Assembly: GCA_964016885.1 (NCBI GenBank)
Contig: OZ024744.1
Location: forward strand, 99,138,001-99,202,000
Direction of reading: 5' to 3'
Length of the DNA stretch: 64,000 bases
From: Eledone cirrhosa
Taxonomy: Eukaryota
Shown here: positions 51,588 to 64,000 of the stretch, piece by piece
How positions within the stretch are numbered: the stretch's first letter is position 1
Layout of the letters: each line of letters begins with the position of its first letter
Notes under the pieces: model-generated
What the model saw: the letters and a program-made list of their open reading frames with translations, nothing else
The model's database searches: none
What the model was told of the DNA's origin: nothing
Position numbers and translations under genes: made by a program

Positions 51588-54289
51588 TGCACCTCCCAAC
51601 ATAGTCTAATATTTAGTGACCTCATAGTCAGGACTAGATGTACTCGACGACAGAGGACTACCTTGAGGAGAAGAATATGGAAGTTGAAGGACCCCACAGC
51701 CAGTAACAAATTTAAAAACATATTACTTGATGCTTTTGACAGTAAGGAAGAGCAATTAGAGATGAACAATATAGAGGAACAATGGGAATTCCTGAAAGTT
51801 AACCTGCTGAAGACGACAGATGAAATCTGTGGCTGGAGCAGACCTTTAGGCAGGAGGAGAGTAACTTGGTGGTGGAACAGTAAGGTGGAGGAGAAAATCA
51901 AGGCCAAAAAGCAGGCTTGGAAAGAATGGTGGGATCGGGGAAGTACAGAACACTATCAGGTGGCTAGGAGAGAAGCTAGGAGACAAGTGTACTTTGCAAG
52001 AAGGGAAGCAGAGGATAGAAAGTTCAAGCATGTTCTACAACGCGAGGAGCAAACATGTGAGGTGTTCAGGATTGCAAGACAATGTGTCAAGGAAAACTGT
52101 AATATTGTCGGGGAGAAGTGTGTCCGTAATGATGATGGTGTATTTGCCCTCACTCACGCTGATAAGAAGGTAGCTTGGAAGTGTCACTACGAGAGACTAC
52201 TAAATGAGGAGAATGAACGGGATAAAGATAGGCTGCCCCAAATCGATCCAATAGAGGGACCAGCTGTGCAAGTTAGTGGTAGTATAATAAGTAAGGCAAT
52301 CATAGATATGAAGACAGGCAAGGAAGCTGGGCCTTCGGAGATAGTTGCTGAGATGTTGAAAGCATCTGGAATGGTGGGACATACTATGATCACCTGGATA
52401 GTAAACCAAGTAATACAGAATGGGGTCATACAAAATGACTGGCATAGCAGCAGCATCGTTAACTGTTACAAGGACAAAGGAGACACTCTAGATAGAGAAA
52501 ACTATAGAGGTCATGGAAGTCACAGAAAGAGTTATTGCACAACTAATTAGAGACCGAGTTGATTTAGATGAAATGCAGTTTGGGTCTGTGCCAGATAAAA
52601 GTACCGCGGATGCTCTTTTCGTTATACGGCAACTACAGGAGAAGTACCTAGCTAAAAGTAAACCCCTCTACTTAGCTTTTGTTGACTTGGAGAAAGCCTT
52701 TGACAGAGTCCTCCGCTCCATTATCTAGTGGGCTCTTAGAAAACTAGGAGTAGATGAATGGCTTCTGAGAGCTATACAAGCCATATATAGCAAGGTTAGA
52801 ATTAACAATGAATATAGTTAAGAATTTAACGTAAACGTAGGTGTTCGTCAAGGCTCTGTCCTTAACCCCCTCCTGTTTATTATTGCCCTTCAGGCTATAA
52901 CAGAGGAGTTTAAGACTGGCTGCCCATGGGAACTTCTATATGCAGATGATCTAACTCTCATCTATGGCTGAACTAGAGAAGAAATTTCAAACATGGAAGC
53001 ATGGCCTAGAATCAAACGGCCTTAAATTTAACTTGTCTAAGACTAAAGTTCTAGTATTTAGAAAGGAAAATAGGGCACAGGTGGCCTCTGGGAAATGGCC
53101 ATGATCAATGTGTAAGAAAGGAGTAGGTAGAAATTTCATTCTATGCCCCAAATATAAACTATGGGTATATAAAATATGTAATGGGATCACAGGCAAGCTA
53201 TCTAAGAACGTAGATTTTATATGTGGCCGATGCTCAGGTGCAATAAGTAGCAAGTGCCCACTGGATACTAGCTCCTTCAATTGCCCAGATGGTTCTATAG
53301 AAATAGTGGACACCTTCCGTTACATGGGTGACAAAATCAGCAGTGGTGGAGGGTGCTCTGAAAGTACAGTAGCCAGAGTTAGAATGGGATGGAAAAAGTT
53401 CAGAGAGCTAATACCGCTGTTGGCCACAAGGGGTTTTTCTCTAAAAGTGAAAGGCAGATTGTATGATGGTTGTATACGAACAGCAATGTTACATGGCAGT
53501 GAGACATGGGCATTGTGTGCAGAGGACCTGTGCAAATTGGAAAGAAACGAAGCATGCATGCTCCGTTGGATGTGTAATAGTAATATACAGCAAAACATAA
53601 ATGAACTAAGTGAGAAATTAGGAATAAGAGGGATCAGATGCAATTTACTTGAAAGGAGATTACATTGGTATGGTCATGTGATGTGCATGAAAGATGACAG
53701 CTGTATAAAAAAAGTGCAGGGCGATCAAAATTGATGGAAGCTACGGAGTAGGTAGACCCAGAAAAACCTGGGACGACATGATAAAATTTGACCTTGTACA
53801 CTTACACCTCTCTAAGACAATGTCACTGGATTGAGACCTTTGGCACTATGCAGTAATACAGAAGACCCATCTTCCCTTACATACAAAGTTAAACCTACAG
53901 TCAGTAGGCCCCTCCTAAGCAAATATACACCCCAACCCACTACCCCTACTCCATCCTCCCACTCCCACCAACACCAACTTTTCTCTATAAAGTTATGTTG
54001 GTACCACAGAATATCCAGTCTACACTAAAGTGGTTGTGTAGGTTCCATGCCAAAAAGCACCCAGTGCACGCTGCAAAGTGGTCGTGTAGGAAACACGGCA
54101 ATAAGCACCCACAAACACTGTCAATGTGGTTAGTGTTAGGAAGGGCATCCAGCAGTAGAAAACCTGTCAGATACAGTATTATATGAGCGAGAGACGGTCA
54201 CCTGATCAATCTTGCCTCAAGTGGGACAATTCCCATCTAACCCATGCTAGCGCGGAAGATAGACATTAAACGATGAAGATGATGATGAT
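51588..54289 (+). mobile_element. Degraded 5'-truncated RTE LINE
   Basis: Collinear with 10745-13587; deletions, stops and frameshifts. Confidence 0.95.
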
Positions 54290-54313
54290 ATATATGTGTG
54301 TGTGTATATATAC

Positions 54314-54744
54314 AAAAGGTGCAGAACACTAAAAGTCGATGGAAGCCTTGGAATGGTGAGACCCAAGAAGACCTGGGATGAGGTGATAAAAGCCGACCTT
54401 GCCCAATTGCACCTCTCAAAGGCGATGACACAAAAGACTCGACTTCCCACGGGTACAAGCCGAAGCTGAAGCATTTAGACAATACGCCCCCACCCTCTCC
54501 CACTGCAAAGTGGTCGTGGAGGTGTCACGACAAAAAAAGCACCCAGTCCACACTGTAATGTGGTCATGTAGGTGCCACAGTAAAAAAGCACTCACTACTC
54601 ACTGTAAATGAGGTTGGTGTTAGGAAGGGCATCCAGCTGTAGAAATCAAGCCAGAATCGGTTCCCGTATGAGCAAGACAAGGTCATCCAACCTGGCATTG
54701 CCCACAACAGGACAAACCATCTAACCCATGCTAGCATGGAAGAT

Positions 54745-54779
<35 letters not shown>
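54314..54779 (+). mobile_element. RTE 3' fragment
   Basis: RPKKTWDEVIKADL plus UTR and (GAT)n. Confidence 0.8.
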
Positions 54780-55195
54780 ATATATATATATATATATATG
54801 CATTGCCAAGTAAAAATTGGATAGCAAGCCAAAGAACTTTCATAGATGGTGAAAATTTTGATGGTAAAAAAACTTTCTTAAGAATGGTAAAATTCCAAGA
54901 TTTCCTAATTCTATATAGCACTAATCCATGAGTGAAAAATAGAATGGCAAAGCAATAAGATGGAAAAACACTCAATAATCAGTAGAACTTTTCATCATAC
55001 TAGACACAAAAATACGACACATCTCCATATATTCAAAGCAGGTTTTGAACACACATCTTTATATATAAATATATATGTATATGTATATGTGTGTGTATAT
55101 ATATATATGTAAAAGGTAAACCCAAATAACAACACAATCGGTACAGTATATGGAAGGTATATATTAGGTTAACGCTTGATATAGCAGGAAGAGGG

Positions 55196-55231
55196 TCTTA
55201 ACGTTTCGGACGCTAGTCCTTTATCAGAAGA
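55196..55231 (-). ncRNA. Decayed minimal hammerhead (CTGATAA) in a copy of the 22460-22650 element
   Basis: 55108-55292 is nearly identical to 22459-22643. Confidence 0.55.
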
Positions 55232-55332
55232 AAGAATGAGAAATAAAATAGATTAGGGGGACGGGCGGGATGGAATTGGAAAAAATGTCTTTAGTTAGAA
55301 ATAGAAGATATATATATATATATATATATTGT

Positions 55333-55974
55333 CTGCATCCTCCTGCATTGAACCACCTAGGTACTATGACATAACTTATGTATTTGCTAGCATTAGTGTA
55401 CATCTGTACGCATATGTTGGTAAATATACTAATTCTTTATATTTATCTCCAAATTATTTATATGTTGAGCAAACCTGCCAAATCCACTACTAATTCATTG
55501 GTGTGGTAGTAGGCTTTTGTCATTTTACCACCCCACTCCTTCCAACTAGCCTCAGTGCCACGTGATTGATTCTTTAGAATCTGCCATTTGACCAGAGACA
55601 GTGAACTTTTTCAGTGCTTTGGAATTCAGTCCCCGCTAGCTGTTCCATCCACCGAATTATTATTTTTATATGAGTCCCTAGTGTCCGCGCATTGCCTGGA
55701 GACTTAGCTGAGAATAGACTCCCTGATGACGTAATGAATTCTCGATGGTTACATTGCGTAACTATCTTTATCCCATTACAGAAACTAATTAGTTGGAGTG
55801 AAAATTTTAGTAAGTAAGTTAATTTTTAATTTTTAAAATTTTCTTATTTTACATCTTTCATATAATTGTTCTGCATCCTCCTGCATTGAACCACCTAGGT
55901 ACTATGACATAACCTGTGTATTTGCTAGCATTAGTGTACATCTGTACGCATATGTTGGTAAATATACTAATTCT
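55333..55974 (+). mobile_element. Retrozyme-like element: 538-nt unit + 104-nt terminal direct repeat
   Basis: 55333-55436 matches 55871-55974 (2 mismatches); flanking duplication tagttagaaatagaaga(ta)n at 55292 and 55990. Confidence 0.85.
55718..55799 (+). ncRNA. Type I hammerhead
   Basis: actcc-CTGATGA-c-gtaatg..cattac-a-GAAA-ctaattag-TT-ggagt. Confidence 0.85.
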
Positions 55975-56017
55975 CTCTCTATATATATATAGTTAGAAAT
56001 AGAAGATATATATATAT

Positions 56018-56049
<32 letters not shown>

Positions 56050-56207
56050 TTTCATCCATTTATAGTCCATTTTTCCATGCTAGCATGGGTTAGATGAGAA
56101 GTCCTGATCAGATGATCATGTTTTGCTCATACAGAACTGATTTTGACTTGGTTTCTATGGCTAGATGCTCCTCCCACATTTACAGTTTGTACTAGGTGCT
56201 TTTATTT

Positions 56208-56296
56208 ATACAGAGTGTCCCCCCCCCCCAAAATATATACACACTTTTATTAGAATACTGTCAAAGTGTGTATAGGGGTTTTGGGGCACCTTGTAT
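56208..56296. mobile_element. Tc1/mariner-like tiny MITE
   Basis: ta-cagagtgtcccc...ggggcaccttg-ta TIRs. Confidence 0.55.
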
Positions 56297-56493
56297 ATAT
56301 AAACTGTAAAATGGTTGTGTAGGTGTCCTGGCAAAATGCACCTCCTACACGACCACTTTACAGTGTAGGATGGGTACCTTATGTCATGGTACCAAAACAG
56401 TCATCTGATCTGGCTTGTCTCACAACGGGAGAACTCGTCTAACCCATGCTAACATGGAAAAATGGACATTAAATGATGATGATGATGATGATA

Positions 56494-56698
56494 CACAAGG
56501 GTTGACTGAAATATTCATAGCCTAACTAAGATACTCTCATGGAATGACCAAATGAGGTTTATTTTTTCAACATAGACCTTGGAAAGAAATAATGCAGTTA
56601 TTAATAAGAAGAGTTGAAATTAAGGCATGCAAGATTTCACAGCTCTAGCATCACTCTTTCATAATGAGCCTAAGAACTTTTCAGCTGACCCTCGAATA
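56494..56698. mobile_element. Mariner-like MITE
   Basis: Imperfect TIRs caagggttgactgaaatattcatag and ctaagaacttttcagctgaccctcg. Confidence 0.65.
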
Positions 56699-56835
56699 TT
56701 AATAATTACCCAGTTAATTCTGTAGAGTGGTTTTTGTTGATGCTTCAATAAAATGCACCAAGTACACCCTGTAAAGTGGTTGGCATTAGGAAAGGCATCC
56801 AGCTGTAGAAACCAAGCCAGAATATTATATATTAA

Positions 56836-57205
56836 AGACGGCTGGATGGAGCATATACAAATCTGCTCAGAAGAATCAAAAACATAAGCTGGAAATCACA
56901 CGCAACACTTGAAACCATCTACGGAGATTTGATTCCAATATCCCACAGACTCAAGCAAACCACCAGACTACAGTTTGATGGTCACTGTCATCGAGCTGAC
57001 AAAGACATCATTTCATCTCTGCTTTTGTGGCATCCCTCTCGATGTGTCTATTCACGAAAACTGACTTTCCCAGATACCATAGCTCGGGACTCATGGTTGG
57101 ACATAAGGAAACTGGGGACAGCAATGCAGGACCGAACAGTGTGGAAAGGGATTGTCAAGAGAGTTCCGACTGCCCCACAGAGTAGTTAAGGGGTGATGAC
57201 GACGA
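56836..57205 (+). mobile_element. RTE/RTE-X-like LINE C-terminal fragment
   Basis: RLDGAYTNLLR..RLQFDGHCHR..LLLWHP..MQDRTVWK. Confidence 0.75.
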
Positions 57206-57269
57206 TATATTAGCAAAAGACATATGGTCTCAGACCAACCCATGCCATCATGGAATGTAGATATAAGAC

Positions 57270-57272
57270 TGA

Positions 57273-57306
<34 letters not shown>

Positions 57307-60300
57307 GGTGAAGTTGACTATGGTGGTTGTTCTGGTAGTGGTTGTTGTGCTAGTGGTTGTTGTGGTGTTTGTTGTGGTAGCGGTGGTGGTTGTTGTGGTA
57401 GTTGCGGTGGTTGTTGTGCTGGTGGTTGTTGTAGTGGTGGTGGTGGTGGTTATGGTGGTAGTTGTGGGGGTTGTTGTGGTAGTGGTGGTTGTAGTGGTAA
57501 TTGTGGTAGTGGTGGTTGTAGTGGTGGTGTTTGTTGTGGTAGTGGTCATTGTAGTGGTAGTTGTGGTGGTTGTAATAGTAGTGATGGTTGTAGTGGTAGT
57601 TGTGGTGGTTGTTGTGGTTGTAGTGGTAGTTGTGGTGGTTGTTGTGGTAGTGGTGATTGTAATGGTAGTTGTGGTGGTTGTTGTGGTAGTGATAGTTGTG
57701 GTGGTTGTTGTGGTAGTGGTGGTTGTAGTGGTTGTTGTGGTAGTTATTGTGGTAGTTGTGGTGGTTGTTGTGGTGGTTGTTGTGGTAGTGGTGGTTGTAG
57801 TGGTTGTTGTGGTGAATTGTTGTGGTAGTTGTGGTGGTTGATGTGGTGGTTTTTGTGTTAGTGGTGGTTGTAGTGGTAGTTATGGTGGTTGTTGTGGTGC
57901 TTGTTGTGGTAGTGGTGGTTGTAGTGGTAGTTGAGGTGATTGTTGTGGTAGTGATAGTTGTGGTCGTAGTTGTGGTGGTTGTTGTGGTAGTGGTGGTTGT
58001 AGTGGTAGTTGTGGTGGTTGTTGTGGTAGTGGTGGTTGTAGTGGTAGTTGTGGTGGTTGTTGTGGTAGTGGTGGTTGAGGTGGTTGTTGTGGTAGTTGTT
58101 GTGGTAGTTGTGGTGATTGTTGTGGTGGTTGTGGTGGTAGTGGTGGTTATATTGGTAGTTGTGGTGGTTCTTGTGGTAGTGGCGGTTGTAGTGGTTGTTG
58201 TGGTGGTTGTTGTGGTAGTTGTGGTGGTTGATGTGGTGGTTGTTGTGGTAGTGGTGGTTGTAGTGGTTATTGTGGTGGTTTTTGTGGTAGTGGTGGTTGT
58301 TGTCGTAGTGGTGCTTGTAGTGGTAGTTGTGGTGGTTGTTGTGGTAGTATGATTGTAGTGGTAGTTGTGTTGGTTGTTGTGGTAGTGATGGTTGTAGTGG
58401 TGGTTGTAGTGGTAGTTGTGGTAGTGGTGGTCATAGTGGTAGTTGTTGTGGTAGTTGTGGTAGTGGTGGTTGTAGTGGTTGTTGTGGTGGTTGTTGTGGT
58501 AGTTGTGGTGATTGTTGTGGTGGTTGTTGTGATAGTGGTGGTTGTAGTGGTAGTTGGGGTGGTTGTTGTGGTAGTGGTGGTTGTTGTGGTAGCGGTGGTT
58601 GTAGTGGATGTAGTGGTAGTTATTGTGGTAGTGGTGGTTGTAGTAGTAGTTGTGGTGGTTGTTTGGTTGTTGTGGTAGTGGTAGTTGTAGTGGTAGTTGT
58701 GGTGGTTGTTGTGGTAGTGGTGGTTGTAGTGGTACTTGTGGTGGTTGTTGTGGTAGTTATGGTTGTAATGGTAGTTGTGGTGGTTGTTGTGGTGCTTTTT
58801 GTGGTAGTGGTGTTTGTAGTGGTAGTTCTGGTGGTTGTTGTGGTAATTGCAGTTGTTGTGGTGGTTGTTGTGGTAGTGGTCGTTGTAGTGGTAGTTGTAG
58901 TGGTAGTATGGTGGTTGTTGTGGTAGTTGTGGTATTGGTGGTTGCAGTGATAGTTGTTGTGCGAGTGGTGGTTGTAGTGGAAGTTCTTGTAGTAGTGGCA
59001 GTTGTGGTGGCAGTTGTGGTGGTTGTTGTGGTAGTGGTGGTTGTAGTGGTTGTTGTGGTGTTTGTTGTGGTAGTGGTGGTTGTAGTGGTAGTTGTTGTGG
59101 TAGTGGTGGTTGCAGTGGTAGTTATTGTGCTAGTGGTGGTTGTAGTGGTAGTTGTCTTTTGAGTGGTGGTTGTAGTCGTAGTTGTGGTTTTTGTTGTGGT
59201 GGTGGTGGTTGTAGTGGTAGTTATGGTGGTTGTTGTGGTAGTGGTGGTTGTAGTGTTACTTGTGGTGGTTGTTTTAATAGTGGTGGTTGTAGTGGATGTA
59301 GTGGTAGTTGTTGTGGTAGTGGTGGTTGTAGTAGTAGTTGTGGTGATTGTTGTGGTAGTGGTGGTTGTAGTGGTAGTTGTTGTGGACGTTGTGGTAGTGG
59401 TGGTTGTAGTGGTAGTTGTGGTGGTTGTTGTGGTAATTGTGGTTGTAGTGGTGGTTGCGGTGGTTGTTGTGGTAGTGGTGGTTGTAGTGGTAGTTGTGGT
59501 GGTTGTTGTGGTAGTGGTGGTTGTTGTGGTGGTTGTTGTGGTAGTGGTAGTTGTTGTGGTGGTTTTTGTGGTAATGGTAGTTGTAGTGGTAGTTATGGTG
59601 GTTGTTGTGGTGCTTGTTGTGGTAGTGGTGGTTTTAGTGGTGGTTGTTGTGGTAGTGGTGTTTGTAGTGGTAGTTTTGCTGGTTGTTGTGGTAATGGTGG
59701 TTGTAATGGTAGTTGTACTGGTTGTTGTGGTAGTATTGGTCATAGTGGTAGTTGAGGTGGTTGTTGTGGTAGTGGTGGTTGTAGTGGTGGTTGTAGTGGT
59801 GGTTGAAGTGGTAGTTGTGGTAATGGTGGTTGTAATGGTAGTTGTAGCGGTAGTTGTGGCGGTTTCGGAGGTTGTTGTGGTGGTTGTTGTGGTAGTGGTG
59901 GTTGAATTGGTAGTTGTGGTGGTTGTAGTAGTTGTTTTGGTGGTTGTTGTGGTAATTGTTTTTGTTGTTGTGGTGGTTGTTGTGGTAGTGGTGGTTGTAG
60001 TGGTAGTTGTAGTGTTAGTTGTGGTGGTTGTTGAGGTAGTGGTGGTGGTAGTGGTAGTTGTGGTGGTTATTGTGGTAGTGGTGGTTGTTGTAGTGGTTGT
60101 TTTGGTGGTTGTCGAGGTAGTGGTGGCTGTTGTGGTAGTTGTGGTGGTTGATCTGGTGGTTGTTGTGGTAGTGGTGGTTGTAGTGGTTCTTGTGGTGGTT
60201 TTTGTGGTAGTGGTGGTTGTAGTGGTAGTTATGGTGGTTGTTGTGGTGCTTGTTGTGGTAGTGGTGGTTGTAGTGGTAGTTGAGGTGATTGTTGTGGTAG

Positions 60301-63300
60301 TGATAGTTGTGGTGGTAGTTGTGGTGGTTGTTGTGGTAGTGGTGGTTGTAGTGGTAGTTGTGGTGGTTGTTGTGGTAGTGGTGGTTGAGGTGGTTGTTGT
60401 GGTAGTTGTTGTGGTAGTTGTGGTGATTGTTGTGGTGGTTGTGGTGGTAGTGGTGGTTATATTGGTAGTTGTGGTGGTTCTTGTGGTAGTGGCGGTTGTA
60501 GTGATTGTTGTGGTGGTTGTTGTGGTAGTTGTGGTGGTTGATGTGGTGGTTGTTGTGGTAGTGGTGGTTGTAGTGGTTCTTGTGGTGGTTTTTGTGGTAG
60601 TGGTGGTTGTTGTCGTAGTGGTGCTTGTAGTGGTAGTTGTGGTGGTTGTTGTGGTAGTATGATTGTAGTGGTAGTTGTGTTGGTTGTTGTGGTAGTGATG
60701 GTTGTAGTGGTGGTTGTAGTGGTAGTTGTGGTAGTGGTGGTCGTAGTGGTAGTTGTCGTGGTAGTTGTGGTAGTGGTGGTTGTAGTGGTTGTTGTGGTGG
60801 TTGTTGTGGTAGTTGTGGTGATTGTTGTGGTGGTTGTTGTGATAGTGGTGGTTGTAGTGGTAGTTGGGGTGGTTGTTGTGGTAGTGGTGGTTGTTGTGGT
60901 AGCGGTGGTTGTAGTGGATGTAGTGGTAGTTGTTGTGGTAGTGGTGGTTGTAGTGGTAGTTGTGGTGGTTGTTGTGGTAGTGGTAGTTGTAGTGGTAGTT
61001 GTGGTGGTTGTTGTGGTAGTGGTGGTTGTAGTGGTACTTGTAGTGGTTGTTGTGGTAGTTATGGTTGTAGTGGTAGTTGTGGTGGTTGTTGTGGAAGTGG
61101 TGGTTGTAATGGTAGTTGTGGTGGTTGTTGAGGTAGTGGTGGTTGTTGTGGTGGTTGTTTTAGTAGTGGTGGTTGTTGTGGTGGTTGTTGAGGTAGTGGT
61201 AGTTGTAGTTGTAGTTATGGTGGTTGTTGTGGTGCTTGTTGTGGTAGTGGTGTTTGTAGTGGTAGTTCTGGTGGTTGTTGTGGTAATTGCAGTTGTTGTG
61301 GTGGTTGTTGTGGTAGTGGTCGTTGTAGTGGTAGTTGTAGTGGTAGTATGGTGGTTGTTGTGGTAGTGGTGGTTGTAGTTGTTGTTGTGGTGTTTGTTGT
61401 GGTAGTGGTGGTTGCAGTGGTAGTTGTTGTGCTAGTGGTGGTTGTAGTGGTAGTTGTCTTTTGAGTGGTGGTTGTAGTCGTAGTTGTGGTTTTTGTTGTG
61501 GTGGTGGTGGTTGTAGTGGTAGTTATGGTGGTTGTTGTGGTAGTGGTGGTTGTAGTGTTACTTGTGGTGGTTGTTTTGATAGTGGTGGTTGTAGTGGATG
61601 TAGTGGTAGTTGTTGTGGTAGTGGTGGTTGTAGTAGTAGTTGTGGTGATTGTTGTGGTAGTGGTGGTTGTAGTGGTAGTTGTTGTGGACGTTGTGGTAGT
61701 GGTGGTTGTAGTGGTAGATGTGGTGGTTGTTGTGGTAGTGGTGGTTGTTGTGGTGGTTGTTGTGGTAGTGGTGGTTGTTGTGGGGGTTTTTGTGGTAGTG
61801 GTAGTTGTAGTGGTATTTATGGTGGTTGTTGTGGCGCTTGTTGTGGTAGTGGTGGTTTTTGTGGTAGTTGTAGTGGTATTTATGGTGGTTGTTGTGGTGC
61901 TTGTTGTGGTAGTGGTGGTTTTAGTGGTGGTTGTAGTGGTATGTGTGGTGGTTTTGTGGTAGTGGTGGTTGTAGTGGTAGTTGTAGTGGTAGTATGGTTG
62001 CTGTTGTGGTAGTGGTGGTTGTAGTTGTAATTGTGGTGGTTGTTGTGTAGTGGTGGTTGTAGTGGTTGTTGTGGCAGTGGTGGTTGTATTGGTGGTAGTG
62101 GTTGTTGTAGTGGTAGTTGTGGTGGTTGTTGTGGTTGTAGTGGTAGTTTTGGTGGTCGTTGTGGTAGTGGTGGTGCAGTGGTAGTTGTGGTGGTTGTAGT
62201 GGTAGTTGTAGCGGTCGTTGTGGTAGTAGTGGTTGTAGATGTATTTGTGGTGGTTGTTGTGGTAGTGGTGGTTGTAATGGTGGTCGTAATGGTAGTTGTG
62301 GTAGTGGTGGTCGTTGTGGTAGTTGTAGTGGTAGATGTGGTGGTTGTTGTGGTAGTGGTGGTTGTAGTGGTGAGTGTAGTGGTAGTTGTGCTGCTTGTTG
62401 TGGTAGTGGTGGTTGTAGTTGTTGTTGTATTGGTAGTTGTGGTAGTGGTGGTTGTAGTGGTAGGTTTGGTGGTTGTTGTGGTAGTGGTGATTGTAGTGGT
62501 AGTTGTGGTGGTTGTTGTGGTAGTGGTGATTGTAGTGGTAGTTGTGGTGGTTGTTGTGGTAGTCGTGTTTTTAGTGGTAGTTGTGGTGGTTGTTGTGGTA
62601 GTGGTGTTTGTAGTGGTAGTTTTGCTGGTTGTTGTGGTAATGGTGGTTGTAATGGTAGTTGTACTGGTTGTTGTGGTAGTATTGGTCGTAGTGGTAGTTG
62701 TGGTGGTTGTTGTGTTAGTGGTGGTTGTAGTGGTGGTTGTGGTGGTTGTTGTGGTAGTGGTGGTTGTAGTGGTGGTTGAAGTGGTAGTTGTGGTAATGGT
62801 GGTTGTAATGGTAGTTGTAGCGGTAGTTGTGGTGGTTGTAGTAGTTGTTTTGGTGGTTGTTGTGGTAATTGTTTTTGTTGTTGTGGTGGTTGTTGTGGTA
62901 GTGGTGGTTGTAGTGGTAGTTGTAGTGTTAGTTGTGGTGGTTGTTGAGGTAGTGGTGGTGGTAGTGGTAGTTGTGGTGATTATTGTGGTAGTGGTGGTTG
63001 TTGTAGTGGTTGTTTTGGTGGTTGTCGAGGTAGTGGTGGCTGTTGTGGTGGTTGTTGTGGTAGTGGTGGTTGTAGTGGTGGTTGTTGTGGTAGTTGTAGT
63101 CGTTGTTGTCGTAGTGGTGGTTGTAGTGGTAGTTGTAGTGTTAGTTGTGGTTGTTGTTGAGGTAGTGGTGGTGGTAGTGGTAGTTGTGGTGGTTATTGTG
63201 GTAGTGGTGGTTGTTGTAGTGGTTGTTTTGGTGGTTGTCGAGGTAGTGGTGGCTGTCGTGGTGGTTGTTGTGGTAGTTGTGGTCGTTGTTGTCGTAGTAG

Positions 63301-64000
63301 TGGTTGTAGTGGTAGTAGTGGTTGTAGTGGTAGTTGTGATGGTTATTGTGGTAGTGGTGGTCGTAATGGTGGTTGTAGTGGTAGTTTTGGTAATGGTGGT
63401 TGTAGTAGTCGTTGTAGTGGTAGTTGTGGTGGTTGTAGTGCTAGTTGTGGTGGTTGTTGTTGTAGTGGTAGTTATGGTGGTTGTTGTGGTAGTGGTGCTT
63501 GTACTGGTAGTTGTGGTGGTTGTTGTGTTTGTTGTGGTAGTGGTGGTTGTAGTGGTGGTACTAGTGGTAGTTATGGTGGTTGTTGTGGTAGTGGTAGTCG
63601 TGGTGGTTGCTGTGGTTGCTGAGGTAGTGGTCATTGTGGTGGTTGTTGTGGTTGTTGTGGTAGTGGTGGTTGTAGTGGTGTTTGTAGTGGTAGTTGTTGT
63701 GGTAGTCGTGGTTGCAGTGGCAGTTGTGGTGGTTGTTGTGGTAGTGGTGGTTGTAGTGGTAGTTGTGGTGGTTGTTGTCGTAGTGGTGGTTGTAGTCGTA
63801 GTTGTGCTGGTTTTGTGGTAGTGGTGGTGGTAATGGTGGTTGTAGTAGTAGTTGTGGTAGTTGTGGTCGTAGTAGTAGTTGTAGAGGTTCATTGTGGTGG
63901 TTGTTCTGGTAGTGGTGGTTGTAGTGGTGGTTGCATTGGTAGTTGTGGTGGTTGTGGTGGTAGTGGTGTTGTTTGTAGTGTCAGTTGTGGTGGTTGTTGT
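57270..64000. repeat. >6.7-kb degenerate (GTN)n repeat with kb-scale internal duplications
   Basis: Direct inspection; diagnostic variants recur at offsets of about 2310 and 2945. Confidence 0.95.

Noticed and set aside
57250-63892. Gly/Cys-rich, Val-rich or mucin-like Thr-rich proteins
   Set aside because: All are frames of one GTN repeat with frequent frame breaks.

Overview
This is repeat-saturated, AT-rich eukaryotic DNA. I infer a coleoid cephalopod (probably an octopod) from the OK/OR-like tRNA SINEs, RTE LINEs with (GAT)n tails and pervasive (TA)n. No host gene is supportable; almost all listed ORFs are microsatellite translations. Contents: one RTE LINE with an intact ORF (APE-RT plus a PHD-like Cys/His insert, 9988-13086), several decayed RTE/CR1/Tx1 LINEs, Penelope-like (RT+GIY-YIG) remnants at three loci, SINEs, MITEs, TE-derived tandem arrays and long simple repeats. 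The main signal, found by eye, is about 25 type I hammerhead ribozyme (HHR) motifs or half-motifs from many unrelated sequence families. They lie in Penelope terminal repeats and in small non-coding elements, mostly inserted in (TA)n. These mini-elements show recurrent architectures: (i) palindromes centred on the HHR stem II loop; (ii) fold-backs carrying two opposite HHRs; (iii) inverted arms ending at or near the predicted cleavage site; (iv) 1.1-1.2-mers of 450/538-nt units with one HHR, as expected from circular RNA templates; (v) a shared ACTC...GAGTGCT 3' motif. HHRs in Penelope-like elements and retrozymes are established; the mechanistic interpretation here is inference and untested.
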